DNA of 64,000 nt from contig CAYXXF010000021.1 of assembly GCA_964469005.1 (NCBI GenBank), positions 41,336-105,335 of the forward strand, in the 5' to 3' direction. A program made the position numbers and the translations under genes. Positions 27,436-36,506 of this stretch are shown one piece after another (within the stretch, counting starts at the first letter, position 1; each line of letters begins with the position of its first letter). This DNA is from an uncultured Anaerolineales bacterium. GTDB taxonomy: Bacteria; Chloroflexota; Anaerolineae; UBA4142; SHND01. The notes below the pieces were generated by a model. That model worked only from the letters and a program-made list of their open reading frames with translations. It was not told the origin of the DNA and made no database searches.

Positions 27436-27550
27436 GCGAATTAAATTCGCAACAACAACAACGCGAAACGTCCCTACGGGCGTTGGGAGGTGGATGGTGT
27501 CTAGTCTGCGGAGGCAGACTTGCGTCTTTGTTGCGGTGATTTCAATCGCC
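27436..27550. repeat. Composite symmetric REP-like element at the DGR right boundary
   Basis: Four short hairpins in A-B...B'-A' order: GCGAAT/ATTCGC, AACG.CCC/GGGCGTT, AGTCTGC/GCAGACT, GGTGATT/AATCGCC. Confidence 0.55.
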
Positions 27551-27576
27551 CATATAATTCAACCAGAGGAAAATCA

Positions 27577-28737
27577 ATGAGAATCATTCTATACACAGGC
27601 AAAGGCGGCGTTGGAAAAACGTCCGTCGCCGCAGCAACGGCATTACGCTGCGCGGAATTGGGCTATCGCACGATTGTATTGTCAACCGACGCGGCACACT
27701 CGCTCGCTGATTCATTCGACTTGAAAATTGGGCAAGAGCCAATCGAAATTGCGCCGAAACTCAACGCGCAAGAAATTGACGTGTTGTATCAAATGGAAAA
27801 ATACTGGGGCAAAGTGCAAGCGTATTTTCGTTCACTCTTGCAATGGCGCGGCGTGGATGAATTGATTGCAGATGAAGTAAGCATTCTGCCGGGGATGGAT
27901 GAACTCGCGTCGCTGTTGCAAATTGTTTATCTCGCGGAATCGGGCAAGTACGACGTAATCATTGTGGATTGCGCGCCAACGGGTGAAACGTTAAAACTCC
28001 TTTCACTCCCCGAAGTCGCGCGTTGGTATCTCACACACATTTTCCCCATCGAAAAAATGGCAATGCGTTTTGCATCGCCCGTGATGCGCGCGGTCACGGA
28101 TATTCCCATGCCCGATGACCAAGTGTTTGATACCATCAAAGAATTGATTCAACAATTGAATCGCATGGCAGAGTTGTTGAGCGATACAAAAAAATCTTCG
28201 GTGCGCGTCGTATTGAATCCTGAAAAGATGGTCATCAAAGAAGCGCAGCGCACCTTCACGTACATCAATTTGTACGGCTTTGCGTGCGACCTCATTGTTT
28301 CGAATCGCGTGTTGCCCGAATCTGTGAATGACCCATATTTCGCCGTCTTGAAAGAATCGCAAACGCGTTACGGCAAAATGATTCAAGAATCATTCGCGCC
28401 TGTGCCAATCTTCCAAGTGCCGTTTTTCGACCAAGAGGTTGTTGGACTCGAAATGCTGCGGCGCACCGCAAACGCATTGTACGGCGCGCAAGACCCGTCG
28501 CAAGTATTTTACGAAGGCAGTCCGCAAGAAATTGTGAAAAACGGCAAGGGTTATATTTTGAAAATGAAGTTGCCGTTCGCCGCAAAAAGCGATGTGCATC
28601 TCACGCGCGCGGGCGACGAACTCGCGATTAGTGTTGGGAATTTTCGCCGCAATGCGATCTTACCGCGCGCACTGGCAGCGCTCGAGGTGCAAAAAGCGAA
28701 AATGGAAGACGGAAAACTTGTCGTGAATTTTGCGTGA
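27577..28737 (+). CDS. ArsA/GET3-family ATPase with C-terminal HSP20-like domain
   Basis: YTGKGGVGKTS, STDAAHSL, ILPGMDE, DCAPTGETL, RTFTYINLY. C-terminal beta domain. TATAAT at 27553-27558 and GAGG RBS. Confidence 0.9.
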   Translation: MRIILYTGKGGVGKTSVAAATALRCAELGYRTIVLSTDAAHSLADSFDLKIGQEPIEIAPKLNAQEIDVLYQMEKYWGKVQAYFRSLLQWRGVDELIADEVSILPGMDELASLLQIVYLAESGKYDVIIVDCAPTGETLKLLSLPEVARWYLTHIFPIEKMAMRFASPVMRAVTDIPMPDDQVFDTIKELIQQLNRMAELLSDTKKSSVRVVLNPEKMVIKEAQRTFTYINLYGFACDLIVSNRVLPESVNDPYFAVLKESQTRYGKMIQESFAPVPIFQVPFFDQEVVGLEMLRRTANALYGAQDPSQVFYEGSPQEIVKNGKGYILKMKLPFAAKSDVHLTRAGDELAISVGNFRRNAILPRALAALEVQKAKMEDGKLVVNFA

Positions 28738-28799
28738 GGACCACCTATTTTGCATTTCGTTATGAGCGAAGAGCGTTCTCACTCGCCATGCCATAAAAA

Positions 28800-28893
28800 C
28801 GCGAATTTACGCGAATCGTTACGAATCTTTGCGAATCTTTTTGTTCCCCTTATCATTCGTAAAGATTCGCGTTTTTGATTCGCGTAGATTCGC
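28800..28893. repeat. Inverted array of degenerate ~10-mers
   Basis: GCGAATTTAC GCGAATCGTT ACGAATCTTT GCGAATCTTT, spacer, then four ATTCG(C/T) units in reverse orientation. Confidence 0.7.
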
Positions 28894-28910
28894 ATTAAAG
28901 AGACTAACAC

Positions 28911-30377
28911 TTGACTACTGCAACTCAATCCACAGAAGAGACCCTCGACCCGCGCGATTGGGACGAATTGCGCGCGCTGGGACATCAAATGATTGACGAC
29001 ATGTTCGCGCACATGCAATCGCTGCGCGAGCAACCAGCGTGGCAACCGTATCCTGAAAACGCGCGCACACAAATCGGAGGCGCGTTTCCAATTGACGAGG
29101 GTGATGTTCTTGAGATGTACAAAAATTTTAAAGAGAACATTTTGCCCTACCCAAACGGCAACTTGCATCCGCGCTTTTGGGGTTGGGTCCAAGGCACAGG
29201 TACGCCGCTCGGCGCGTTGAGTGAATTACTCGCGGCGACAATGAACCCGAACGTCGGCGGCGGCAATCACAGCGCAGCGCATGTGGAAACGCAAGTCTTG
29301 GATTGGCTCAAAGAAATTTTCGATTTTCCGCGCGCGGCAAGCGGTTTGCTCGTGAGCGGCGGCTCGATGGCAAATTTTGTCGCGCTTGCCGTCGCGCGCA
29401 ATGCGAAAGCGGGGTACGACATTCGTCACGAAGGTTTGTGGAACCGCGCGCCGTTCGTGGTGTACGGCTCTGTCGAAATGCACTCGTCGCTTTTGAAAGC
29501 GGTTGAACTGCTCGGCATCGGCAATCAATTTTTTCGCCGCATCGCGGTCAATGACGAGTATGAAATGGATGTTCAAGCATTACGCAACGCGATTCTCCAA
29601 GACCTTGACGATGGCTTGAAACCGATTTGTATCATCGGCAACGCGGGAACAGTCAACACGGGCGCGATTGACAATCTCGATACGTTGGCGAATCTCGCGC
29701 GCGAATTTGATTTATGGTTTCATGTGGACGGCGCGTTCGGCGCGTGGGCGTACACTTTGCCCGAATTTCGCGCGCGCTTGAAAGGAATGGAACGCGCCGA
29801 CTCGCTCGCGTTCGATTTGCACAAATGGTTTTACGTGCCGTACGAAGCGGGTGCGACGCTCGTGCGTTCCGACAGCGCGCATTTTCAAACCTTCACCGTT
29901 ACGCCCCCGTATTTAAAGCACACAGGACGCGGACCGCACGGCGGACAAAATTGGTTCACCGATTACGGCGTGCAGCTCTCGCGCGGTTTTCGCGCCTTGA
30001 AAATTTGGACAGCTTTCAAAACATTCGGCATGAACAAACTCGTGCGGCTTTTCGCGCAGAACATCGAGCAAGCGCAATACCTCGCGCAGGTAGTGGAACG
30101 CGTGCCACACCTCGAACTCACCGCGCCGCACCCATTGAACATTGTTTGTTTTCGCTACATCGCGCCGAACATGAACGACGAACAACTAAACGCGTTCAAT
30201 CAAGAACTCCTCGCGCGCATTCAAGAGTCGGGCATCGCGATTCCTTCCAGCACAAATCTGCGCGGCAAATTTTCCATTCGCGTGGCAATCACGAACCATC
30301 GCAGTCGGCGCGAAGATTTTGATTTGTTGATTGAAGCGGTGGAAAGAATCGCGGCAAATATGTCGGAGGAATCGTAG
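28911..30377 (+). CDS. PLP-dependent group II (aromatic amino acid-type) decarboxylase
   Basis: HPRFWGWV, LVSGGSMAN, GTVNTGAID, WFHVDGAFG, SLAFDLHKW (PLP Lys), SRGFRALKIW. TTG start. Confidence 0.92.
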   Translation: MTTATQSTEETLDPRDWDELRALGHQMIDDMFAHMQSLREQPAWQPYPENARTQIGGAFPIDEGDVLEMYKNFKENILPYPNGNLHPRFWGWVQGTGTPLGALSELLAATMNPNVGGGNHSAAHVETQVLDWLKEIFDFPRAASGLLVSGGSMANFVALAVARNAKAGYDIRHEGLWNRAPFVVYGSVEMHSSLLKAVELLGIGNQFFRRIAVNDEYEMDVQALRNAILQDLDDGLKPICIIGNAGTVNTGAIDNLDTLANLAREFDLWFHVDGAFGAWAYTLPEFRARLKGMERADSLAFDLHKWFYVPYEAGATLVRSDSAHFQTFTVTPPYLKHTGRGPHGGQNWFTDYGVQLSRGFRALKIWTAFKTFGMNKLVRLFAQNIEQAQYLAQVVERVPHLELTAPHPLNIVCFRYIAPNMNDEQLNAFNQELLARIQESGIAIPSSTNLRGKFSIRVAITNHRSRREDFDLLIEAVERIAANMSEES

Positions 30378-30440
30378 GGGCAGGGTGACGCCGCCCTACC
30401 ATATTTCGACAAATCCCGTGTTGTGCATATAGTTATCCCC

Positions 30441-31304
30441 ATGTCTGCGAAACCACGCATTGAACCTCTGCCGCCCGAACGCTGGCGTAAAAATCTCACC
30501 GATTACAACGAAGGATTGGGACTCGTCTATGAGCGTTTGATGTTGAATGATTTTTTAGAAGCGTTGCAAAAAAAGCATCGCATCGAATCCGTTCTCGAAG
30601 CGCCGATTTATGGAATGGCAGGCGTGAGCGGCATCAACTCTGTGATTCTCGCGCGCAACGGCGCGCGCGTCACCCTCGTTGACGACAACGCGGAGCGCCT
30701 CGAAAACATCCAACGCATTTGGAGTGAATTAAACCTATCTGCGAATTTCAATCTTCAATCTCCAATCTCCAATCTCCCCTTTCCCAACAAATCATTTGAC
30801 CTCGCGTGGAATTGGGCAGCGTTGTGGTATTTGCCCGACGCGGGAAAACTCATCGGCGAACTCGTGCGCGTGTCGCGCAATATAGTATTTATCGCGATGC
30901 CGAATCGCGCGCAGGTTGGCTACTTGATGCGAAAATATATTTTGGAAAAAGAATTCGTAAATTATGTGGATGAAGCGTGGGCAAACATCAACCGCGTGAA
31001 AAATGTTTTGCGCGATTGGGACTGCGAAATTATTGATGAAGGCGTACTCGATGTGCCGCCGTGGCCCGATACCGTGATGCCCGCGACGGAAGTTTTGAAA
31101 CGACTAGGGATTCAGTCGAAAGACATGCAATCGCGTTTCGAGGGCGATGGCTGGAATTGGAGTTCGATGGATTATTATTTGGGCAAGAAACCTGAATTGA
31201 AGGCGCAGATGGACCGTTACGCGTTTTTGGAACGCGCGCCGCTGCCTTGGCAAATCAAAAGTATTTGGGCGCATCATCGGTATTGTGTTGCGCGCGTTCT
31301 CTAA
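30441..31304 (+). CDS. Class I SAM-dependent methyltransferase-like protein
   Basis: SVLEAP..GMAG, RVTLVDDN, LPFPNKSFDLAWNWAALWY, LVRVSR. Confidence 0.72.
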   Translation: MSAKPRIEPLPPERWRKNLTDYNEGLGLVYERLMLNDFLEALQKKHRIESVLEAPIYGMAGVSGINSVILARNGARVTLVDDNAERLENIQRIWSELNLSANFNLQSPISNLPFPNKSFDLAWNWAALWYLPDAGKLIGELVRVSRNIVFIAMPNRAQVGYLMRKYILEKEFVNYVDEAWANINRVKNVLRDWDCEIIDEGVLDVPPWPDTVMPATEVLKRLGIQSKDMQSRFEGDGWNWSSMDYYLGKKPELKAQMDRYAFLERAPLPWQIKSIWAHHRYCVARVL

Positions 31305-31328
31305 CGCAACGTTCAAACGAGGTGTTGT

Positions 31329-32012
31329 ATGACAATTGTTCCGTTTCCACCACAAACTCAAATTCACTATCCTGAATCGGACGGCAAACCTATGGCAGAA
31401 ACCATGAAACACATTCTTGTCATCACCTATCTTTTGGATGTGTTGATGGCATGGTTCAAAGACCGCGCGGATATGTACGTCGGCGGGAACAATATGATTT
31501 ACTACGCCGAAGGTTTTCCCAAGTTGTCATTTGCGCCCGATGTGTATCTCATTCCCGGACTAGACAAAACACCGCGTCGCATTATCAAGCTTTGGGAAGA
31601 GAAAAGCGCGCCTTCTGTCATTTTTGAAATCACTTCGCGCGCAACGTGGGAAGTTGATTTGGGTGACAAGATGGAGCTGTATGCTCAAATCGGCGTGCGC
31701 GAATATTTTGTTTATGATGTCGAGCATGAAGAACTTGACCCGCCGCTGCGCGGCTTTCGCTTGATTGGCGACAAGTACGAACGTTTGCACGCAAACGAAG
31801 ATGGGGAAATTTTTAGCCAAGAAATGCAGCTCGCTCTGCAGGAGATTGATTGGACCCTGCGCCTTATCAATCCCCAGACAAGAGAAATTCTAAAAAACTA
31901 TGCGGAGAGTGATGAGGCATTGCGCGAGGCGGAGGAACAAGCGCGCGAGTTAGAGCAAGAGAATGCGCTTCTCCGCGCCGAACTCGAAAAATTGCGCGGC
32001 AAGCAGGATTGA
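31329..32012 (+). CDS. Uma2-family endonuclease
   Basis: YPESDGKPMAET..H, APDVYLI, PSVIFEITSRAT..D.G.K..LYAQIGVREYFVYD. Coiled-coil tail. Confidence 0.92.
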   Translation: MTIVPFPPQTQIHYPESDGKPMAETMKHILVITYLLDVLMAWFKDRADMYVGGNNMIYYAEGFPKLSFAPDVYLIPGLDKTPRRIIKLWEEKSAPSVIFEITSRATWEVDLGDKMELYAQIGVREYFVYDVEHEELDPPLRGFRLIGDKYERLHANEDGEIFSQEMQLALQEIDWTLRLINPQTREILKNYAESDEALREAEEQARELEQENALLRAELEKLRGKQD

Positions 32013-32921
32013 ATGATTGCTCTCGAAACTACGCCACAATTTCTGACCGCAGCGGAAACAGCATCTAGTGTTTCCATCGTCATTCCCGCGTTCAATGAAG
32101 AACAAGGTTTGCCAAATGTTTTGAAAAATCTGCGCGCGTGGGGTGAACGTGGCGCGGAAATTATTGTGGTGGACGATGGTTCGACCGACGAGACCGCGCG
32201 CGTGGCATCGGAACATGGTGCGCGCGTGATTCGTCATCGCAACAACAAAGGATATGGCGCGGCATTGAAAGCAGGAATCCGCGCGGCGGAACGCGAGAAC
32301 GTTGTTACGTTCGACGCGGACGGACAATTTGACACCAATGAGATTGAAAAATTGGTCAACGCGTTGAACGATTGCGATATGGCGGTGGGCGTAAGACCAC
32401 AGGGCGCAGGTTCACCAACGATTCGCAAGCCCGGCAAGTGGCTGCTGGGAAAAACCGCGAACTATCTCGCACAAACTCAAATTCCAGACTTGAATTGTGG
32501 TTTCCGCGCATTGCGCGTGGACACGGCAAAACGATTTTTGAATCTACTTCCTAACGGTTTTTCTTTTACGACAACTTTAACACTCGCCATGTTCAAAGAC
32601 GGGTATAATGTAGCGTATCTACCGATAACTGTTCATCCACGCACCACAGGCAAGAGCAGTGTGCGCGTCGCGGACGGATTTAACACGCTGCTTCTCATCA
32701 TTCGCATCATTGCATTGTTCGACCCGCTAAAAGTTTTCGTACCCGCGAGCGCGTTCTTGTTTTTTATCGGCATCGTCTATTGGATTCTCGACAGCGTTTC
32801 ACTGCGCCGCCTCAACATTCCTTCTGGCGCAGTCATTTTAATCGTCTCTGCCATCATGGTTTTCATGTTTGGTATTCTCGCCGACCAAGTGAGCGCGATT
32901 CGCAGAGGACAGCACGAGTAG
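32013..32921 (+). CDS. Glycosyltransferase family 2 (DPM1-like) with C-terminal TMs
   Basis: IVIPAFNEE, IIVVDDGSTD, NKGYGAALKAG, TFDADGQF, DLNCGFR, NGFSFTT. Confidence 0.92.
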   Translation: MIALETTPQFLTAAETASSVSIVIPAFNEEQGLPNVLKNLRAWGERGAEIIVVDDGSTDETARVASEHGARVIRHRNNKGYGAALKAGIRAAERENVVTFDADGQFDTNEIEKLVNALNDCDMAVGVRPQGAGSPTIRKPGKWLLGKTANYLAQTQIPDLNCGFRALRVDTAKRFLNLLPNGFSFTTTLTLAMFKDGYNVAYLPITVHPRTTGKSSVRVADGFNTLLLIIRIIALFDPLKVFVPASAFLFFIGIVYWILDSVSLRRLNIPSGAVILIVSAIMVFMFGILADQVSAIRRGQHE

Positions 32922-32985
32922 AAATTAAAAGTTAGAAATTGGAAGTTGGACGTTGGATTCCAACTTCCAACTTCCAACTTCAAAA
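32922..32985. repeat. Inverted heptamer array
   Basis: GAAATTA AAAGTTA GAAATTG GAAGTTG GACGTTG, then CCAACTT CCAACTT CCAACTT. Confidence 0.7.
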
Positions 32986-32987
32986 TA

Positions 32988-34187
32988 ATGGCTTTATCCA
33001 CTTATACCAACATTGCAAAATCCGTCGTCAATAATCAACTCGGACGCGTTGACCTCCCAAGCATGGTCACATTCATTGTCACGTGGCGCTGCAACTTGCG
33101 CTGTTTCATGTGCGACGTTTGGAAAAAAACCGACCATGACGACATGACGCCGGAAGAAGCGGGCGCAATTTTCAAACAATTTCCAAAACTCGACACACTG
33201 CGCCTCACCGGCGGCGAACCTTTTTTGCGTCGCGATTTCGACCAACTCGTCGGTAACATTTTAGAAAATGTGGACCCAACGGTTGTGCATCTCACGACGG
33301 CGGGCGTGATGTACGAACGCATTGTGGATTTTGCCAAAACGTTCGGCTCGAAAAAATTGCATATCAAAATGTCCATTGACGCGGTGGGCGACCGCCACGA
33401 TGAAATTCGCGGCTATCGCGGTTTGTACAACAAATCGCTTCGCACGTTGCGCACGCTTGCGGAATTGCGCGAGCAGTACGGTTTTTATCTCGGCGTGAAT
33501 CAAACCATCTCGGACCGCAATTGGGACCAAATTGAACCACTGCGCGATGCGATGGCGGAACTGAACATTCCCGTCCACTACGCGATTGCGACCGACCATT
33601 ACACGCTGTATCGCATGAATACAACCAAAGAAAACGAAACGCCCGACATGCGTTCCGTTTCCATGAGCGATTACACGCCCGAACAATTGGCATACATCTT
33701 TGACCAACTCGACCGCCGCGATGCCATTCACGACATTCCCGAATGGATTGTGCAGCGCTATTATTTGCACGGGTTGAAAAATCGTTTGTTACACGGCATC
33801 GAGTCACCCAAGCCATCGTGCATTGAATTGCACAATCACATGCGATTGATGCCGAACGGTGACGTGATGACGTGCGTGTATTATCCGAATGTCGTCGGCA
33901 ATTTGCGAACGCAATCGCTTCGTGATGTGTGGTACGGCGACGCAATCAAGCCACAGCGCGAAATTGTAAAAAAATGCGTCGGCTGTTGGGCGGGCTGTGA
34001 AGTGAAACCGAACGCGATTTATACGGGCGACATTGTGAAAACGTTGTGGATGGGTCCGGTGAGTGATCGCTCAAAAGACGCGCCGATGCCGTTGAGGGAA
34101 CAGGCAGCGGGAAGTGGGAATACGTCGTCGGTTAGCAGTAGTCATTCGGGGGAAAAAATGGCGAATGTGGCATTTGGCGACATATGA
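32988..34187 (+). CDS. Radical SAM protein with SPASM/twitch domain
   Basis: CNLRCFMC, LTGGEPFLR. C-terminal CIELH..MRLMPNGDVMTC..CVGCWAGC. Confidence 0.9.
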   Translation: MALSTYTNIAKSVVNNQLGRVDLPSMVTFIVTWRCNLRCFMCDVWKKTDHDDMTPEEAGAIFKQFPKLDTLRLTGGEPFLRRDFDQLVGNILENVDPTVVHLTTAGVMYERIVDFAKTFGSKKLHIKMSIDAVGDRHDEIRGYRGLYNKSLRTLRTLAELREQYGFYLGVNQTISDRNWDQIEPLRDAMAELNIPVHYAIATDHYTLYRMNTTKENETPDMRSVSMSDYTPEQLAYIFDQLDRRDAIHDIPEWIVQRYYLHGLKNRLLHGIESPKPSCIELHNHMRLMPNGDVMTCVYYPNVVGNLRTQSLRDVWYGDAIKPQREIVKKCVGCWAGCEVKPNAIYTGDIVKTLWMGPVSDRSKDAPMPLREQAAGSGNTSSVSSSHSGEKMANVAFGDI

Positions 34188-34264
34188 TTGAGGGACAAAT
34201 CGTTTAAGGGTACATATGAATTATCAAGTACGAGAGCGATTGTAACAATTTCTTTTGTATCTAT

Positions 34265-35083
34265 ATGGCAAAACCCAACAAAGCCAATAAACCATCCCAG
34301 ACGGTTGCGCCGAATCCATCGCAGAGTACTCCTCCGCTTAAAGATTTTGTTCCGACAAAGTACTTGCTCTGGATTGTTCCATCCTTAATTGTCTTCGGGA
34401 TAATTCTTGCAATACTATTGTTGGCTCTCGGGTTTACTCCAACCGAAATTCCACTTGGGCCTACAACCTGGAAAGTGCCTAATTTTGAAAAGACAGTTGT
34501 TGTAACCGAACCAGCTAAAGTCCAGACAGTGTTAATCACTATTCAGCTACCTACAAATACGCAGCTTCCGACTTACACAATTATTCCGTCAAGCACAGCA
34601 TACCCAACCCATACTCGCTTGCCGACGTACACACCGTACCCGACCTATACAGCGATTCCCACTTTCACTCCTACATCAATTCCAGAAGGGGAACTCGCCT
34701 TAAGCGATCTTAATAAGTGGAATAGCCTACTTGAGGCTGTGCTGTTTGATATTGATGCAAATTGGAAAAGCACATCGAAACACCTTTGTAGTGACCATGC
34801 AATCAGCATATCGGGCTCATGGAAAGACCAATGGCGCAAAAAGTTTGGAAACAAAATTAAGTCAAACATTATTGGGGTAATTCCTATTTCTATAAAGGAT
34901 ATTGATAGCCAGCACTGGGAAATAAAGCAAATCGAGACATGGGAATATATCGGAACATTGCAATCGCGCAAAGATAAAGATGAATGGACCTATAAAATGA
35001 AGCGCACCACAGACTCAGAGCTAAGATATTGTATTGAAGACATGAACAGCACTTATGTTTTGCATACGCCAATTACCAAATAG
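34265..35083 (+). CDS. AT-rich hypothetical membrane-anchored protein with a PT(Y)T-rich linker
   Basis: One TM helix, repeats LPTYT/YPTHT/YPTYT/IPTFT, then a ~130-aa globular domain. Codon usage differs from the flanks. Confidence 0.65.
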   Translation: MAKPNKANKPSQTVAPNPSQSTPPLKDFVPTKYLLWIVPSLIVFGIILAILLLALGFTPTEIPLGPTTWKVPNFEKTVVVTEPAKVQTVLITIQLPTNTQLPTYTIIPSSTAYPTHTRLPTYTPYPTYTAIPTFTPTSIPEGELALSDLNKWNSLLEAVLFDIDANWKSTSKHLCSDHAISISGSWKDQWRKKFGNKIKSNIIGVIPISIKDIDSQHWEIKQIETWEYIGTLQSRKDKDEWTYKMKRTTDSELRYCIEDMNSTYVLHTPITK

Positions 35084-35109
35084 AACAATCAAGTTGGCAT
35101 TTTTGGCTG

Positions 35110-35175
35110 TTGGTACGTAAACGCTTTTACATCGCCTATACCGGCGGCACGATTGGAAACACGACAGTCCTATGA
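35110..35175 (+). pseudogene. Remnant of the ansA 5' end (21-codon mini-ORF)
   Basis: 35119-35157 encodes KRFYIAYTGGTIG, versus KRVYIAYTGGTIG at ansA 35484-35522 (33/39 nt identical). Its TGA overlaps the DUF433 ATG. Confidence 0.75.
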
Positions 35176-35477
35176 CTCCATCATTACTTTATGAACATGT
35201 TCAAGTTGACGCGAGTAGTGTACCCTTCATCGCGGGAACCACGATGAAGGTGGTAGAGCTGGTGATGGCGCAGTTGGCTTATGGTTGGAGTCCCGAAGAG
35301 TTGTATTTTCAGCATCCCTATTTGTCATTGGGACAAATTCATTCCGCACTCGCGTATTATTGGGACCATAAAGCTGAACTCGATGCCGATATTGAATGTC
35401 GTTCGAAATTTGCAGACGACGCGAGACAGCAAGCAGGAACTTCACCACTCGCACAAAAAGTGCGCGCGCAGGGATAG
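35172..35477 (+). CDS. DUF433-domain protein (antitoxin-like HTH)
   Basis: GTTMKVVELV..GWSPEEL..HPYLSLGQIHSALAYYWDH. Confidence 0.88.
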   Translation: MTPSLLYEHVQVDASSVPFIAGTTMKVVELVMAQLAYGWSPEELYFQHPYLSLGQIHSALAYYWDHKAELDADIECRSKFADDARQQAGTSPLAQKVRAQG

Positions 35478-36491
35478 ATGCCAAAACGCGTCTATATCGC
35501 CTACACGGGCGGAACGATTGGAATGATTGATGCAGGCGAAGGATACGCGCCTGCGCCGGGATTTCTTGAGCAGCGTTTGCGCGAAATGCCTGAACTGCGC
35601 GACGCGGCGATGCCCGAAATTGTTTTGCACGAATACACTCCCCTGCTCGATTCCTCCAACATGACCCCGCGCGAATGGCTTGCCATCGCGCGGGATATTT
35701 TTTTGAATTATGACGCGTTTGATGGCTTTGTCGTTTTGCACGGCACGGATACGATGGCGTACACGGCATCTGCGCTGCCATTTCTTTTGCAAGGACTGAA
35801 CAAGCCCGTCATCCTCACGGGTTCACAAATTCCCCTCATCGAATTGCGGAATGATGCGCGCGAAAACCTAATCACCGCGCTTTTGCTCGCGGCAAATTAT
35901 GCCATTCCTGAAGTGTGTTTGTATTTTGGCGCGAAATTATTTCGTGGCTGCCGCACGGCAAAAGTGAGCGCGTTGGGATTCGATGCGTTCGATTCACCCA
36001 ACTATCCGCCGCTCGGAAATGTGGGAATAGATATTCAGTTGAATTGGAATTTGATTCGCGCGGCATCGGAAAAAATTTTGTCTGCGCCGCCGAACGAATT
36101 GAACGCAACGATTGCATCACTGCGCTTGTTCCCCGGCATCTCGGCAGAATTTTTGCGCAATGTTTTGAAACCACCGCTGCAAGGTTTGGTGTTGGAAGCA
36201 TACGGCACAGGCAACGCGCCGAATCACGATAAAGAATTTCTGAACGCGTTGCAAGAAGCAACCGCGCGCGGTGTTGTGATTGTAGATTGCACACAATGTC
36301 TGCGCGGCGCCGTAAAATTGAACGCGTATGCGACAGGCGCGGCATTGCTCGATGTTGGCGTTGTGAGTGGCGCGGACATGACGCCGATTGCGGCACTTAC
36401 GAAATTGAATTATCTCATTAGCACCGGTCATTCATTTCAAGAAACGCGCGCGTTGATGCAGCAAGATTTGTGTGGTGAAATTTCAGTTTGA
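35478..36491 (+). CDS. ansA: Type I (cytoplasmic) L-asparaginase
   Basis: YTGGTIGM, LLDSSNMTP, HGTDTMAYTAS, PVILTGSQIP, GLVLEAYGTGNAP, DMTPIAALTKL. Confidence 0.95.
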   Translation: MPKRVYIAYTGGTIGMIDAGEGYAPAPGFLEQRLREMPELRDAAMPEIVLHEYTPLLDSSNMTPREWLAIARDIFLNYDAFDGFVVLHGTDTMAYTASALPFLLQGLNKPVILTGSQIPLIELRNDARENLITALLLAANYAIPEVCLYFGAKLFRGCRTAKVSALGFDAFDSPNYPPLGNVGIDIQLNWNLIRAASEKILSAPPNELNATIASLRLFPGISAEFLRNVLKPPLQGLVLEAYGTGNAPNHDKEFLNALQEATARGVVIVDCTQCLRGAVKLNAYATGAALLDVGVVSGADMTPIAALTKLNYLISTGHSFQETRALMQQDLCGEISV

Positions 36492-36506
36492 TTGTAGAAT
36501 AAACAC

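Noticed and set aside
27451-27462. AACAACAACAAC resembling a second TR
   Set aside because: It is on the opposite strand to TR, only 12 nt long, has no flanking homology to VR, and lies within the composite palindrome linker.
28800-28893. Short repeat arrays as CRISPR
   Set aside because: The units are 7-10 nt, contiguous and inverted, with no unique spacers and no cas genes.
31329-32012. Uma2 gene as a defence system
   Set aside because: The family is typically multicopy and sporadic, and there are no partner genes here, so a defence role cannot be supported from sequence.
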